DNA from: Lama guanicoe
Taxonomy: Eukaryota
Direction: 5' to 3'
DNA length: 64,000 nucleotides
Assembly: GCA_013239625.1 (NCBI GenBank)
Contig: MU055415.1
Location: forward strand, 3,940,011-4,004,010
Below, one piece after another: positions 63,396 through 64,000 of this stretch. The stretch's first letter is position 1. Every line of letters starts with the position of its first letter. Under the pieces are notes generated by a model. The model was given only the letters and a program-made list of their open reading frames with translations. It was not told the DNA's origin and did not search any database. The translations under genes were made by a program, and so were the position numbers.

Positions 63396-64000
63396 ACATG
63401 CAGAACTCAAAATCAGCACCCAGTTCCTTACAACTTTCACTAGAGCTATGTGTTTTATGGGCAGACACTTTATTCGAAAGGATATAGCTATCCAAGATCC
63501 ATGAGAATACATTTGAGACTTAGTTTTCCTATGTATATATATTTTTCATAATGTAGATACCATGTCATTGGCTGTAATTCTTTCACTGCCACAAAATAAT
63601 TTCCAAAATGCAATTTTAAATGTCATGGAATCTTAGAACTGGAAAGGACCTCAGAGATCATCCGATCCAATATTAGAATCCCTTTTATTATACTTCTAAT
63701 GGGAAGGGCTATCTTAGCTTAACCATCTCTAGAAGAACTTGTTTAATTTTATGAAGTTGACTGTCCTAATCACCTTTGACAATGTTTATCCAAACAATTA
63801 CAAATCCACTAATGCTGCTTGCATACAGCTCGTACTTTTCCACATAAACTACCAAAAAAGATTATAAAAGGATCTTATTTCAGTTGCATTTTCCAAATCT
63901 ATTAGGTCAGCACCTAAGGCACTTAATAAATAATAGCACTATTCAGTTTTCCCATATTCAGTCTTTTAAGATGCAGGCTCATACTTTAAGTCCTTTTATT

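Noticed and set aside
1-64000. CRISPR array, operon or other prokaryotic-type system; remaining short six-frame ORFs
   Set aside because: Sequence is mammalian intronic DNA with no repeat-spacer array; the other ORFs are short, often non-ATG, low-complexity or repeat-derived

Overview
Mammalian genomic DNA, AT-rich and repeat-dense. It is probably camelid: there is a Vic-1-like tRNA-derived SINE, and the L1 3' ends are cetartiodactyl-type. The only convincing coding sequence is a 78-nt first coding exon at 7729-7806 (+), MFASIWYAKKLGRRFVHNARKAKSEK, followed by an AAG|GTATGG donor. I recognise it from memory (not by search) as an alternative N-terminus of DLG2/PSD-93. It lies downstream of a CpG-enriched promoter with a CCAAT box and a TATA box. 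The rest of the window reads as a very large intron containing MIR, L2, CR1/L3, old and young L1, MaLR LTR and DNA-transposon relics. All five N-blocks lie inside two young L1s. I found no evidence of a wholly new gene system. The best leads are: (i) a candidate 5'UTR intron (7341-7668) that holds every upstream ATG, and whose acceptor also defines an open phase-0 138-nt exon; (ii) a 39-bp-periodic array of NRF1-like motifs about 1.2 kb upstream of the TATA box; (iii) a ~92-bp local templated insertion inside a MIR; (iv) a 205-bp tandem duplication anchored at a Z-DNA-type microsatellite; (v) a twin-primed L1 with a very short non-inverted part; and (vi) a CTCF site with its upstream module. 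Repeat subfamilies and boundaries were called by eye and are approximate.
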